A model generated the notes under the pieces. It was given only the letters and a program-made list of their open reading frames with translations, was not told the origin of the DNA and did not search any database. The position numbers and the translations under genes were made by a program. From a virus: a DNA stretch of 64,000 nucleotides. Positions 47,499 through 56,271 of this stretch are shown here, piece by piece. The number at the start of each line of letters is the position of its first letter. Position 1 is the first letter of the stretch. The stretch is from the IMG/VR virus record IMGVR_UViG_3300008107_000012, one strand, 5' to 3'.

Positions 47499-48050
47499 AT
47501 GGCTCATAGACCAGTTGGATCTGGTGCATCAGTTGCATTTACTGCAGGGGCTGCATCAACATCATCCTCATTTTCAGTTCAATCAAGTGTTTTGAGAGTA
47601 GTTGCCGTTGGTGGTGGTGCTCATATTTCAGTTGGTGCAACTCCTACTGCAACAAATACAGATTATTATGTTCCCTCTGGAGGAACTGCAACTCTTGCAC
47701 TTTCAAAGGCATCAAACCGTGTTGTTGGAGTTACAACTGGTACTACTACAACAATTATTGTTCCAGAGGGAACTCAAGTTCCATTTGAAGTTGATGAGTA
47801 TGTTTCTCTGGTTGCAGTTGGGCAGTCTTATTATGACTTCACTCACCAAAAAGTTTTATCTGTAGATACAACTTCGGGAGTTAATGGATACCATCAAACT
47901 AGAATGACTGTTAATCATAACACGAGTGGTATTGCTACTGCATTTTCTGCAATTGATGCCACAATTATTAGATCAAATAAAGTTTCTGTATATGGCGTAG
48001 GTTCAGGAACACTTTATTATCAACAAGTTCAAATCTCAGGAGATGCCTAA
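47499..48050 (+). CDS. Hypothetical Thr/Ser/Val-rich virion protein
   Basis: Late box at 47470-47475; just upstream of gp21. Confidence 0.65.
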   Translation: MAHRPVGSGASVAFTAGAASTSSSFSVQSSVLRVVAVGGGAHISVGATPTATNTDYYVPSGGTATLALSKASNRVVGVTTGTTTTIIVPEGTQVPFEVDEYVSLVAVGQSYYDFTHQKVLSVDTTSGVNGYHQTRMTVNHNTSGIATAFSAIDATIIRSNKVSVYGVGSGTLYYQQVQISGDA

Positions 48051-48704
48051 ATGAAACTCATCACAGAAGAAATTGAAAAGGTAGAAGTAATTACCGAAGG
48101 TACAGGAAAGGACAAAAAACTTTTTATTCAAGGACCTTTTCTTCAAGCAGAATGCGTAAATCGTAATGGACGTATGTATCCAATGTCCATTATGGAACGT
48201 GAAGTAAAAAGATATACTGAGCAATATATTAATAAAGGTCGTGCTCTTGGTGAACTTGGACATCCAGATGGCCCTACTGTAAACCTGGATAGAGTTTCTC
48301 ATAAAATTATGGCTCTTACTCAAGAGGGAAATAATTTTATCGGTAAAGCACAAATTCTCTCTACCCCAATGGGTAAGATTGCAGAATCACTTCTAAAAGA
48401 AGGTGTTTGTCTAGGCGTTTCTTCTCGTGGAATTGGTTCTCTAAGAGAAAACATTAGGGGTGGATACAAAGAAGTAGGTGAAGATTTTATGCTTGCAACT
48501 GCTGCAGATATTGTTGCAGACCCTTCAGCTCCAGACGCATTTGTTCAGGGGATTATGGAAGGTAAAGAGTGGATTTGGGATGGTGGAGTACTAAGAGAAA
48601 AAGCAGCAGAAAATACAAAACATAGAATAAATACTCTAGTAGATCAAGGTATTTTGGAAGATTATAAATTATCCTTATTCAGTGAGTTTTTAAATAATCT
48701 TTAA
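48051..48704 (+). CDS. gp21: Prohead protease gp21
   Basis: NRNGRMYP, ALGELGHP, GVSSRG.GS, ADPSAPDAFV. Confidence 0.97.
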   Translation: MKLITEEIEKVEVITEGTGKDKKLFIQGPFLQAECVNRNGRMYPMSIMEREVKRYTEQYINKGRALGELGHPDGPTVNLDRVSHKIMALTQEGNNFIGKAQILSTPMGKIAESLLKEGVCLGVSSRGIGSLRENIRGGYKEVGEDFMLATAADIVADPSAPDAFVQGIMEGKEWIWDGGVLREKAAENTKHRINTLVDQGILEDYKLSLFSEFLNNL

Positions 48705-48770
48705 TACACTGCAATTTATTAATTTATAAATAAATATAGTTTATAACTAAAGGTTAAACGGAGAGTTCAA

Positions 48771-49943
48771 ATGTCTCGTGGAGATTTACAAGAAATGGAA
48801 GTAGGCACTAAGCAATCCAAAACCGCTGTTAATGCTAATGCCAAAGCAGCGGAAGCGATGCCAAAACTAACTACAGGTATTCCCGATGGTCAAACTGCGG
48901 GATGGGAAGATCTTGGAGGTCCTGATCCTTCAAACTATCGTCCAGATGATGATTCAGCAAAATTAAAAACACCTGGAGCAACTCTTAAGCAAGTTAAAAA
49001 CGTTGTCAATAAAGGGGCAAGTGCTGCTGACGCAATGAAGGGTCTTCATAAGGAAGAAGAAGAACTAGAAGATGAAGATCTAATTGAAGAAGAGAATGAT
49101 GAAGAACTCTTAGAAGCTAAAGATAAGGAAGAAGAGGAAGAAGGCGAAGAGGAAGAGGAAGAAGAAGGCGAAGAGGAGGAAGAGGAAGAAGGTGGTAAGA
49201 AGAAGAAAATGGAAGAAGAGTTTGACATCGATGAAGATGTCAATGCTCTTCTAGAAGGTGAAGAGCTTTCTGAGGAATTCCAAGAGAAAGCAAAAATTAT
49301 TTTTGAAGCTGCTATTCGTTCAAGAGTTTTAGAAATTAAAGAATCTCTTGAAGAAGAATATGCTGTTGCTCTTGCTGAAGAAGTTGAAGAAATTAAGACA
49401 GTACTCGAAGAGCGTGTAGACGCTTATCTTGAGTATGTTGCTGAAGAATGGATGCAAGAGAATGAATTAGTCATTGAGCAAGGTCTTAAGTCAGAAATGA
49501 CTGAATCATTCCTTGCTGGAATGAAAAATCTTTTTGAAGAACATTATGTATCAATCCCTGAAGAGAAATATGATGTGTTAGAGAGTATGGTAGAAAAACT
49601 TGATGAAATGGAGACAAAACTCAACGAGCAAATCGAGAAGAATGTTTCCCTAAACAAACGTCTCGCAGAGGCAGTTGCTGAGGGAATTTTTGAACAAGTC
49701 TCTGATGGTCTTGCAGACACTCAGAAAGACAAGCTCGCTTCACTTGCTGAAAGTGTTGAGTTTGAAAGTGAAAAAGAATATCGTGAAAAACTGGAGACTT
49801 TGAAGGAATCATATTTTCCTTCAAGAGTAGTTTCTCCTTCGACTAAAACTGAAACTCTTTCAGAAAGCACTGAAGTAGTTCAAGAACCAGTTTCTGACTC
49901 AATGGCTGCTTATCTGAGAACTCTTTCAGCATTTAGTAAATAA
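48771..49943 (+). CDS. gp22: Prohead core scaffold gp22 with Glu-repeat tract (49128-49193)
   Basis: LSEEF.EKAK.IFEAA, YL.YV.EEW..EN; TATAAATA at 48725-48732. Confidence 0.93.
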   Translation: MSRGDLQEMEVGTKQSKTAVNANAKAAEAMPKLTTGIPDGQTAGWEDLGGPDPSNYRPDDDSAKLKTPGATLKQVKNVVNKGASAADAMKGLHKEEEELEDEDLIEEENDEELLEAKDKEEEEEGEEEEEEEGEEEEEEEGGKKKKMEEEFDIDEDVNALLEGEELSEEFQEKAKIIFEAAIRSRVLEIKESLEEEYAVALAEEVEEIKTVLEERVDAYLEYVAEEWMQENELVIEQGLKSEMTESFLAGMKNLFEEHYVSIPEEKYDVLESMVEKLDEMETKLNEQIEKNVSLNKRLAEAVAEGIFEQVSDGLADTQKDKLASLAESVEFESEKEYREKLETLKESYFPSRVVSPSTKTETLSESTEVVQEPVSDSMAAYLRTLSAFSK

Positions 49944-49997
49944 TTGAATTTAATATAATTCAAACACAAAAACACAATTAGTAAAAGGTAAACGCAA

Positions 49998-51425
49998 ATG
50001 TTTCATTCAGAACATCTGCAGGAAAAGTGGGCACCTCTTTTAGACTATCAGGGTCTTGATCCAATCAAAGATTCTCATCGTAGAGCTGTTACCGCTGTCC
50101 TGCTCGAAAACCAAGAGAGATTTTTAAGAGAAGAAACAGCTTTTAATTCAGGTGGCATTGGCAACCTGATGGAAGCACCAAATATGAATACTGGTAGCAC
50201 CGTAAGTGCTGCTGGTTTCGGTGGTAGTGCTGCTGCTGGTGGTCCTACCGCAGGTTTCGATCCAGTTCTAATTTCACTCATCCGTCGTTCAATGCCTAAC
50301 CTGGTCGCATATGACCTGGCTGGCGTTCAACCAATGAGTGGTCCTACTGGACTCATCTTTGCGATGCGTTCACGTTACACCAACCAGTCCGGAACTGAAA
50401 CCTTCTATGATGAAGTAGATTCAGCATTCTCCGGTCAAAATGCAGGATTTGGTAACACTGCATTTACTGATGTTGGTGCTGGTATGGGTACTACTTCACA
50501 AAGTGGAACCAACCCATCAGTTCTAAACCCAGTTTCTGCTGGTACTTCAACATCTTATGATGTTGGTCAGGGTATGTATACCCAAGAGGCAGAAAACCTT
50601 GACGGTAATGCAGGAAGTGCCTTCAACCAGATGGCATTCTCCATCGAGAAGGTCACTGTTACTGCCAAGAGCCGTGCTCTGAAAGCAGAATACAGCCTTG
50701 AGCTTGCTCAGGACCTGAAGGCAATCCACGGTCTGAATGCAGAAGCTGAGTTGGCAAACATTCTGTCAACTGAGATTCTTGCTGAAATCAACCGTGAAGT
50801 CATCAGAACCATCTACAAGGTTGCTGAACAGGGTGCTGCTCAAAACGTAGCAACTGCTGGTGTATTCGACCTTGACGTTGACTCCAACGGTCGTTGGTCA
50901 GTTGAGAAGTTCAAGGGTCTTCTTTTCCAAATCGAGCGTGATGCAAACGCAATTGCACAAAGAACTCGTAGAGGAAAGGGTAACATCATCATGTGCTCTG
51001 CTGACGTTGCTTCAGCACTGACCATGGCTGGTGTTCTCGACTACACCCCTGCACTTAATGCAAACCTTTCAGTTGATGATACTGGCAACACTTTTGCTGG
51101 TACTCTGATGGGCAAATTCCGTGTCTATATTGATCCATATGCTGCTAACCTGACTTCAGGTAATGCCACTAGTGGTAATCAGTACTACGTTGTAGGTTAC
51201 AAGGGTTCCAGCCCATATGATGCTGGTCTCTTCTACTGCCCATATGTTCCTCTCCAAATGGTACGTGCCGTTGGTGAGAACTCCTTCCAGCCCAAGATTG
51301 GCTTTAAGACCCGTTATGGTCTTGTTGCTAACCCATTTGCTGAAGGCAAAACTCAAGGTCTCGGTGCTCTTACTGTTAATAGCAACCGTTATTACAGAAG
51401 AGTTGCTGTAAAAAATCTTATGTGA
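49998..51425 (+). CDS. gp23: Major capsid protein gp23
   Basis: GVQPMSGPTGLIFAMR, SRALKAEYS.ELAQDLKA.HG, FYCPYVPL, FQPKIGFKTRYG. Confidence 0.99.
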   Translation: MFHSEHLQEKWAPLLDYQGLDPIKDSHRRAVTAVLLENQERFLREETAFNSGGIGNLMEAPNMNTGSTVSAAGFGGSAAAGGPTAGFDPVLISLIRRSMPNLVAYDLAGVQPMSGPTGLIFAMRSRYTNQSGTETFYDEVDSAFSGQNAGFGNTAFTDVGAGMGTTSQSGTNPSVLNPVSAGTSTSYDVGQGMYTQEAENLDGNAGSAFNQMAFSIEKVTVTAKSRALKAEYSLELAQDLKAIHGLNAEAELANILSTEILAEINREVIRTIYKVAEQGAAQNVATAGVFDLDVDSNGRWSVEKFKGLLFQIERDANAIAQRTRRGKGNIIMCSADVASALTMAGVLDYTPALNANLSVDDTGNTFAGTLMGKFRVYIDPYAANLTSGNATSGNQYYVVGYKGSSPYDAGLFYCPYVPLQMVRAVGENSFQPKIGFKTRYGLVANPFAEGKTQGLGALTVNSNRYYRRVAVKNLM

Positions 51426-51446
51426 ATTATTTCACATAAATTATTC

Positions 51447-51472
51447 AGAGACCCGAAAGGGTCTCTTTTTTT
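51447..51472 (+). terminator. Rho-independent terminator after gp23
   Basis: AGAGACCC-GAAA-GGGTCTCT followed by a T run. Confidence 0.9.
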
Positions 51473-51492
51473 ATCTAAATATTTAAAAAAAG

Positions 51493-52050
51493 ATGACTAA
51501 AGGACAAATTGAGAATAGAAATTATCTATCTCCAACAGGGTTTAAATTCTCTTTGGTAAGAGAACCCAAAGTTGCCTTTTTTTGTAATCAAGCAAACATA
51601 CCAGATCTAAATCTTGGGATTGCTATTCAACCCACATATACAAAAATGCTCCCAACTCCAGGAGATATTATTGAGTTTGGAGATTTAAATTTGCGTTTTC
51701 TTGTCGATGAAAATCTTGAAAACTATATGGCAATTCAAAATTGGATACGTGGTCTTGGATTTCCAGAAAGATTAGAGCAATTCGGTCAGTTAGAAAAGCA
51801 AGGTTCTGTATCAGGAAATTATGTAAAAGATCGGCAAAATGTTTACTCTGATGGAACTTTACAAGTTCTTACAAGTAGTCAAATACCAAATTTTAAAATA
51901 ATTTTTAGAGACTTATTTCCATATACATTATCTACACTAACTTTTGATGCCACAGATACTGACATTCAGTACTTTACGGCAGAGGTAAGTTTCAAGTATA
52001 CTATCTATGATATTGTAGATTTGAGTGGAAAACCACTATATGGATATTAG
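51493..52050 (+). CDS. gp3: Tail tube terminator gp3
   Basis: NYLSP.GFKF, FLVDE.LENY..I..W; late box at 51476-51481. Confidence 0.88.
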   Translation: MTKGQIENRNYLSPTGFKFSLVREPKVAFFCNQANIPDLNLGIAIQPTYTKMLPTPGDIIEFGDLNLRFLVDENLENYMAIQNWIRGLGFPERLEQFGQLEKQGSVSGNYVKDRQNVYSDGTLQVLTSSQIPNFKIIFRDLFPYTLSTLTFDATDTDIQYFTAEVSFKYTIYDIVDLSGKPLYGY

Positions 52051-52477
52051 TCTAGATAAAATTCAAGAGATGTGGGAAAAAGATTCTAATATAGACATTG
52101 ACAATCTTCACACAGAATCTTTGAATATACCCATTCTTCATGCCAAGTATTTTGATTTATATAACACTATTTTTCTCCTAAGAAAAAAAGCAGAGCAGCA
52201 AAAAAGAAATATTAGACACGAAAGGTATGAATATTATTCAGGAAAAGCAGATCCTGATGTATATGTAGAAAATCCATTTCCTAAAAAAATTAGAGATAAA
52301 GATACGATGCAAAAGTACCTTGATGCCGATGAAAAACTTTCCACAGTTTGTTTAAAAATAGACTACTACGATACAATGTTAGTTTATATTGAGAGTATTC
52401 TTAAGATGATTCAGAATAGAACTTATCAGATTAAGAATTCAATTGAATTTATGCGATTTAATGCTGGATTAGGGTAA
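52040..52477 (+). CDS. uvsY: Recombination mediator UvsY
   Basis: W.KDS.ID, IP.LHAKY, R.YQIKN.IE; synteny. Confidence 0.9.
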   Translation: MDISLDKIQEMWEKDSNIDIDNLHTESLNIPILHAKYFDLYNTIFLLRKKAEQQKRNIRHERYEYYSGKADPDVYVENPFPKKIRDKDTMQKYLDADEKLSTVCLKIDYYDTMLVYIESILKMIQNRTYQIKNSIEFMRFNAGLG

Positions 52478-52492
52478 ATAAATACTCATAGC

Positions 52493-53977
52493 ATGATGAA
52501 TGTTATGAGTGACGTAATTATTGAAAAGAAAAATGAAGTCTTCGTAAAACTTCATTGCGAGCCACATATCCTTTACGAACTTCAACCATATTTTACATTT
52601 GAGGTTGAGTCTGCGAAATTCATGTCCCAGTATAGAAGCAGACACTGGGATGGAAAGATCAGACTCTTAAGCACTCATACTGGAGAGATTTACGTCGGAC
52701 TACTTGATAAAGTAATCGACAAACTTTCTCTGCATAATTATACTTACGAATTTAGAGAAAATAAATTCTACGGGCAACCATATGAGATCAATGAAACCAT
52801 CTCATATGAAGGGGTCAAGGATTATATGAGCTCCATATGTTCTCATTCTCCCAGACAATACCAAATTGAGGGAGTATATGATGCTCTAAGACACAACCGA
52901 AAACTGCTGATATCACCAACTGCCTCAGGCAAATCTCTGATGATTTATTCAATAGTGAGATATTATGTAGATAAAGGGCAAAAAATTCTTTTAGTTGTTC
53001 CGACGACATCGCTAGTAGAGCAGATGTATAAGGATTTTCAGGATTATGGTTGGGATGCTGACTCATACTGCCACCGAATCTATTCTGGTAGAGAAAAAAC
53101 AAACGAACATCCCGTCACAATTACAACTTGGCAATCTGTCTATAAATTAGAACGTTCATTCTTTGAAGATTATGGTGTGATTATAGGTGATGAAGCTCAT
53201 TTATTCAAGAGTAAGTCACTTGTAGAAATCATGACAAAACTTCACCATGCAAAGTATCGTTTTGGATTTACTGGAACTCTGGATGGAACTCAGACACATA
53301 AGTGGGTTTTGGAAGGATTGTTTGGCCCATCTTATAAAGTTACAAAGACTGATGAACTGATGCGTCAAGGACATCTTTCTCAGTTGGATATTCAGTGTAT
53401 TGTTCTGAAACATCCTCCTCAGAAATTTGAGAAGTATGAAGATGAGATTCAATATCTAATTTCACATGAACAAAGAAATAAGTTCATTACAAATCTTTCC
53501 TTAGATTTAAAGGGAAATACTCTTGTACTGTTTTCCAGAGTAGAAGCACACGGAGCAATACTCTACGAAAAGATAAATAATATTAAGCGAAATGACCGTA
53601 AAGTATTTTTCATTCATGGTGGTGTGGATACTGAAGAGAGAGAATTAGTTAGAGAAATAACAGAAAGGGAAACTAATGCAATCATCGTTGCTTCTTACGG
53701 CACTTTTTCTACTGGTATTAACATTAGAAATCTACATAATGTCATCTTTGCTTCCCCTAGTAAATCAAGAATCCGAAACCTCCAATCAATCGGACGAGTA
53801 CTGAGAAAGGGAAAAAATAAAACAAAAGCAGTCCTTTATGATATTGCTGATGATTGCACATACAATTCAAGAAAAAATTATACACTCAATCACCTCATAG
53901 AAAGAATCAAAATCTATAATGAAGAAAACTTTAACTATGAAATAATCACTATACAACTTAAGAAAAATGGGAATTGA
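52493..53977 (+). CDS. uvsW: SF2 helicase UvsW
   Basis: SPTASGKS, DEAH, TGT, LQSIGRVLR. Confidence 0.96.
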   Translation: MMNVMSDVIIEKKNEVFVKLHCEPHILYELQPYFTFEVESAKFMSQYRSRHWDGKIRLLSTHTGEIYVGLLDKVIDKLSLHNYTYEFRENKFYGQPYEINETISYEGVKDYMSSICSHSPRQYQIEGVYDALRHNRKLLISPTASGKSLMIYSIVRYYVDKGQKILLVVPTTSLVEQMYKDFQDYGWDADSYCHRIYSGREKTNEHPVTITTWQSVYKLERSFFEDYGVIIGDEAHLFKSKSLVEIMTKLHHAKYRFGFTGTLDGTQTHKWVLEGLFGPSYKVTKTDELMRQGHLSQLDIQCIVLKHPPQKFEKYEDEIQYLISHEQRNKFITNLSLDLKGNTLVLFSRVEAHGAILYEKINNIKRNDRKVFFIHGGVDTEERELVREITERETNAIIVASYGTFSTGINIRNLHNVIFASPSKSRIRNLQSIGRVLRKGKNKTKAVLYDIADDCTYNSRKNYTLNHLIERIKIYNEENFNYEIITIQLKKNGN

Positions 53978-54362
53978 AGAAGACTTTTATGCAACAGTAA
54001 AATTAAAAACTGGTGAAGAAATCTTTGCTAAAGTTGCAGCTTCTGAGGAGGAAGATAGGACAATATTAATTATTTCAAATCCAATCACTATAGGGGAACT
54101 TAAGGGAAGAAATGGAATAGTAGGATATAAAATAGAACCTTGGTTAAAAACAACCACAGAAGACATGTTTATCCTTAACTTAGATGATGTTTTAACTATG
54201 TCAGAATCTTCGGATATAGAAATGATAATGATGTATCAAAATTATATTAGACAATCATCCAAAGATAGAAACAATCATTCCCAGATTAATCGTAGAATGG
54301 GATATATTGCAAATGTTAATGATGCTAAAGAAATACTAGAGAAACTTTATAAGAATAGTTAG
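53967..54362 (+). CDS. Conserved cyanophage protein (Sm-like pattern)
   Basis: VKLKTGEEIFAKV; located between uvsW and gp55. Confidence 0.7.
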   Translation: MGIEEDFYATVKLKTGEEIFAKVAASEEEDRTILIISNPITIGELKGRNGIVGYKIEPWLKTTTEDMFILNLDDVLTMSESSDIEMIMMYQNYIRQSSKDRNNHSQINRRMGYIANVNDAKEILEKLYKNS

Positions 54363-54391
54363 TACTAATCTTTTCAACCTCGACAAAGGTT

Positions 54392-54442
54392 ATTGTACAG
54401 ACTTTGAGGTAGGTTGTCAAGTATTTATCGTAGTGTTATAAT
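54392..54442. promoter_or_regulatory. Overlapping divergent sigma70 promoters sharing TTGTCAA
   Basis: + strand TTGTCA(54414)-N17-TATAAT(54437); - strand TTGACA(54420-54415)-N17-TACAAT(54397-54392). Confidence 0.6.
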
Positions 54443-54467
54443 ACCTACATATTAATGATAAAAACTA

Positions 54468-54962
54468 ATGATAAGCACCGCAGTCATGACCAAAAGAAAG
54501 AGGTCAGAGCATTACGTCAATAACAAAGAGTTTCTCGCTGCTCTCATTAAGTATCGTGAGGACATTGAAATTGCACAACTTCAAGATAAACCAAAACCAC
54601 CCATTCCTAGATACATTGGTGAGTGTTTTTTGAAGATCGCAAATCATCTCTCCTTTAAACCAAACTTCGTAAACTATATGTTTAAGGAAGATATGATTTC
54701 TGATGGAATTGAAAACTGCGTTCAGTACATTCATAATTTCAATCCCGAAAAGTCACAAAACCCATTTGCATACTTTACTCAAATCATTCATTATGCCTTT
54801 CTTCGTCGTATTCAAAGAGAAAAACGTCAATTAGAAATTAAAAATAAAATTCTTGAACGTTCTGGTTATTCAGAAGTATTTGAGGACAACTCTATTGACG
54901 GAAGTAACTATAGTGACTACAATTCTATCAAAGATAATATTCACTCTAAACTTAGATACTGA
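54468..54962 (+). CDS. gp55: Late transcription sigma factor gp55
   Basis: HYVNNKEF, NF.NY...EDMISDGIENC, NPFAYFTQI..YAF.RRI. Confidence 0.96.
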   Translation: MISTAVMTKRKRSEHYVNNKEFLAALIKYREDIEIAQLQDKPKPPIPRYIGECFLKIANHLSFKPNFVNYMFKEDMISDGIENCVQYIHNFNPEKSQNPFAYFTQIIHYAFLRRIQREKRQLEIKNKILERSGYSEVFEDNSIDGSNYSDYNSIKDNIHSKLRY

Positions 54963-55996
54963 TGCGTATTGCTTTGATTAACGACACACACTATGGTGCT
55001 CGTAAAGGTTCTAAATTATTTCATGATTACTTTGAACTCTTTTATAAGAATGTATTCTTCCCGACGCTGGAACAGTACGGGATTACAACAGTCATTCATA
55101 TGGGAGATGCTTTTGATAGTCGTAAATCAATCGATTATCAAAGCTTAGAGTGGGCAAAGAGAGTTGTATTTGATCCTCTTTCTAAGTATGAAGTTCATAT
55201 GATTATTGGTAATCATGATTCTTATTATAAAAATACCAATAATACCAATTCACCTCAACTTCTTCTTAAAGATTATCCAAACGTAAAAACATACTCCATT
55301 CCAACAGAAATTAATATAGAAAATCTTGATATATTACTTCTTCCTTGGATTTGTGCGGACAATCAAGATCAATCTTTGAAGATAATTCAAAAGACTAAAA
55401 CAAAAGTTGCTATGGGTCATTTGGAACTTCATGGATTTAGAGTAAATCGAAATATAATTATGGAGCACGGATTAGATTCGAAAATTTTTAATAAATTTGA
55501 TAAAGTATTTTCTGGACATTATCATACTCGTTCTAATAGGGGAAATGTATTTTATCCCGGAAATCCTTATGAAATTTATTGGACTGATGTAGAAGATACT
55601 CGTGGATTTACTATATTTGATACTCAAACTTTAGAACATCAATTTATTGATAATCCTTATAGAATGTTTTATAACATTTATTATGAAGATATTGATTATA
55701 AAACTTTTAATACTAAAGAATATGAGAATAAAATTGTAAAAGTAATTGTACGTAAAAAAACGGACACTAAACAGTTTGAAAAATTTATTGATAAATTATA
55801 CTCTTCTGGTATTGCAGAACTTAGTATCGTTGAAAACTTTCAAATTCAAGAAGCAACTGAATTTGAAGATTTTGAATCAGAAGATACACTTTCGATCTTG
55901 AATAGATATATTGAGGAGGCAGAAGTAAATCTTGACAAATTCGTAGTTCAAAGAATACTTCAGGAAGTTTATCAAGAAGCATGTGAATTAGTTTGA
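54962..55996 (+). CDS. gp47: Mre11/SbcD-like recombination nuclease gp47
   Basis: DTH, GD.FD, GNHD, SGHYH phosphoesterase motifs. Confidence 0.95.
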   Translation: MRIALINDTHYGARKGSKLFHDYFELFYKNVFFPTLEQYGITTVIHMGDAFDSRKSIDYQSLEWAKRVVFDPLSKYEVHMIIGNHDSYYKNTNNTNSPQLLLKDYPNVKTYSIPTEINIENLDILLLPWICADNQDQSLKIIQKTKTKVAMGHLELHGFRVNRNIIMEHGLDSKIFNKFDKVFSGHYHTRSNRGNVFYPGNPYEIYWTDVEDTRGFTIFDTQTLEHQFIDNPYRMFYNIYYEDIDYKTFNTKEYENKIVKVIVRKKTDTKQFEKFIDKLYSSGIAELSIVENFQIQEATEFEDFESEDTLSILNRYIEEAEVNLDKFVVQRILQEVYQEACELV

Positions 55997-56271
55997 TGTT
56001 TATTCTAACAATTAACGGCAGAGAAAAAGAAGGTGCATACTCCGTTATGAATGATGAAGGAGAACATATCCTTTATTTGTTCCAAGAGGAGGATGATGCA
56101 ACAAGATATGCTATGATGTTAGAAGATGATGGATATCCAGAAATGCACGTAATTGAGATTGAAGATGAAGTAATGATAAAGACTTGTGAACTTCACGATT
56201 ATCAATATACATTAATTACTCCCGATGACATTGTTATTCCTCCAAGTAATGTGACTCATGATTTTATTTAA
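55993..56271 (+). CDS. DUF3110-like protein
   Basis: EG.YS...LF.EEDDA.RYA..LE...P pattern. Confidence 0.6.
   Translation: MMFILTINGREKEGAYSVMNDEGEHILYLFQEEDDATRYAMMLEDDGYPEMHVIEIEDEVMIKTCELHDYQYTLITPDDIVIPPSNVTHDFI

Noticed and set aside
18663-51411. Short overlapping ORFs inside structural genes (e.g. 49046-49243 poly-Ser, 50075-50281, 51217-51411)
   Set aside because: Explained by codon bias or low complexity of the host gene (for example the Glu tract of gp22)
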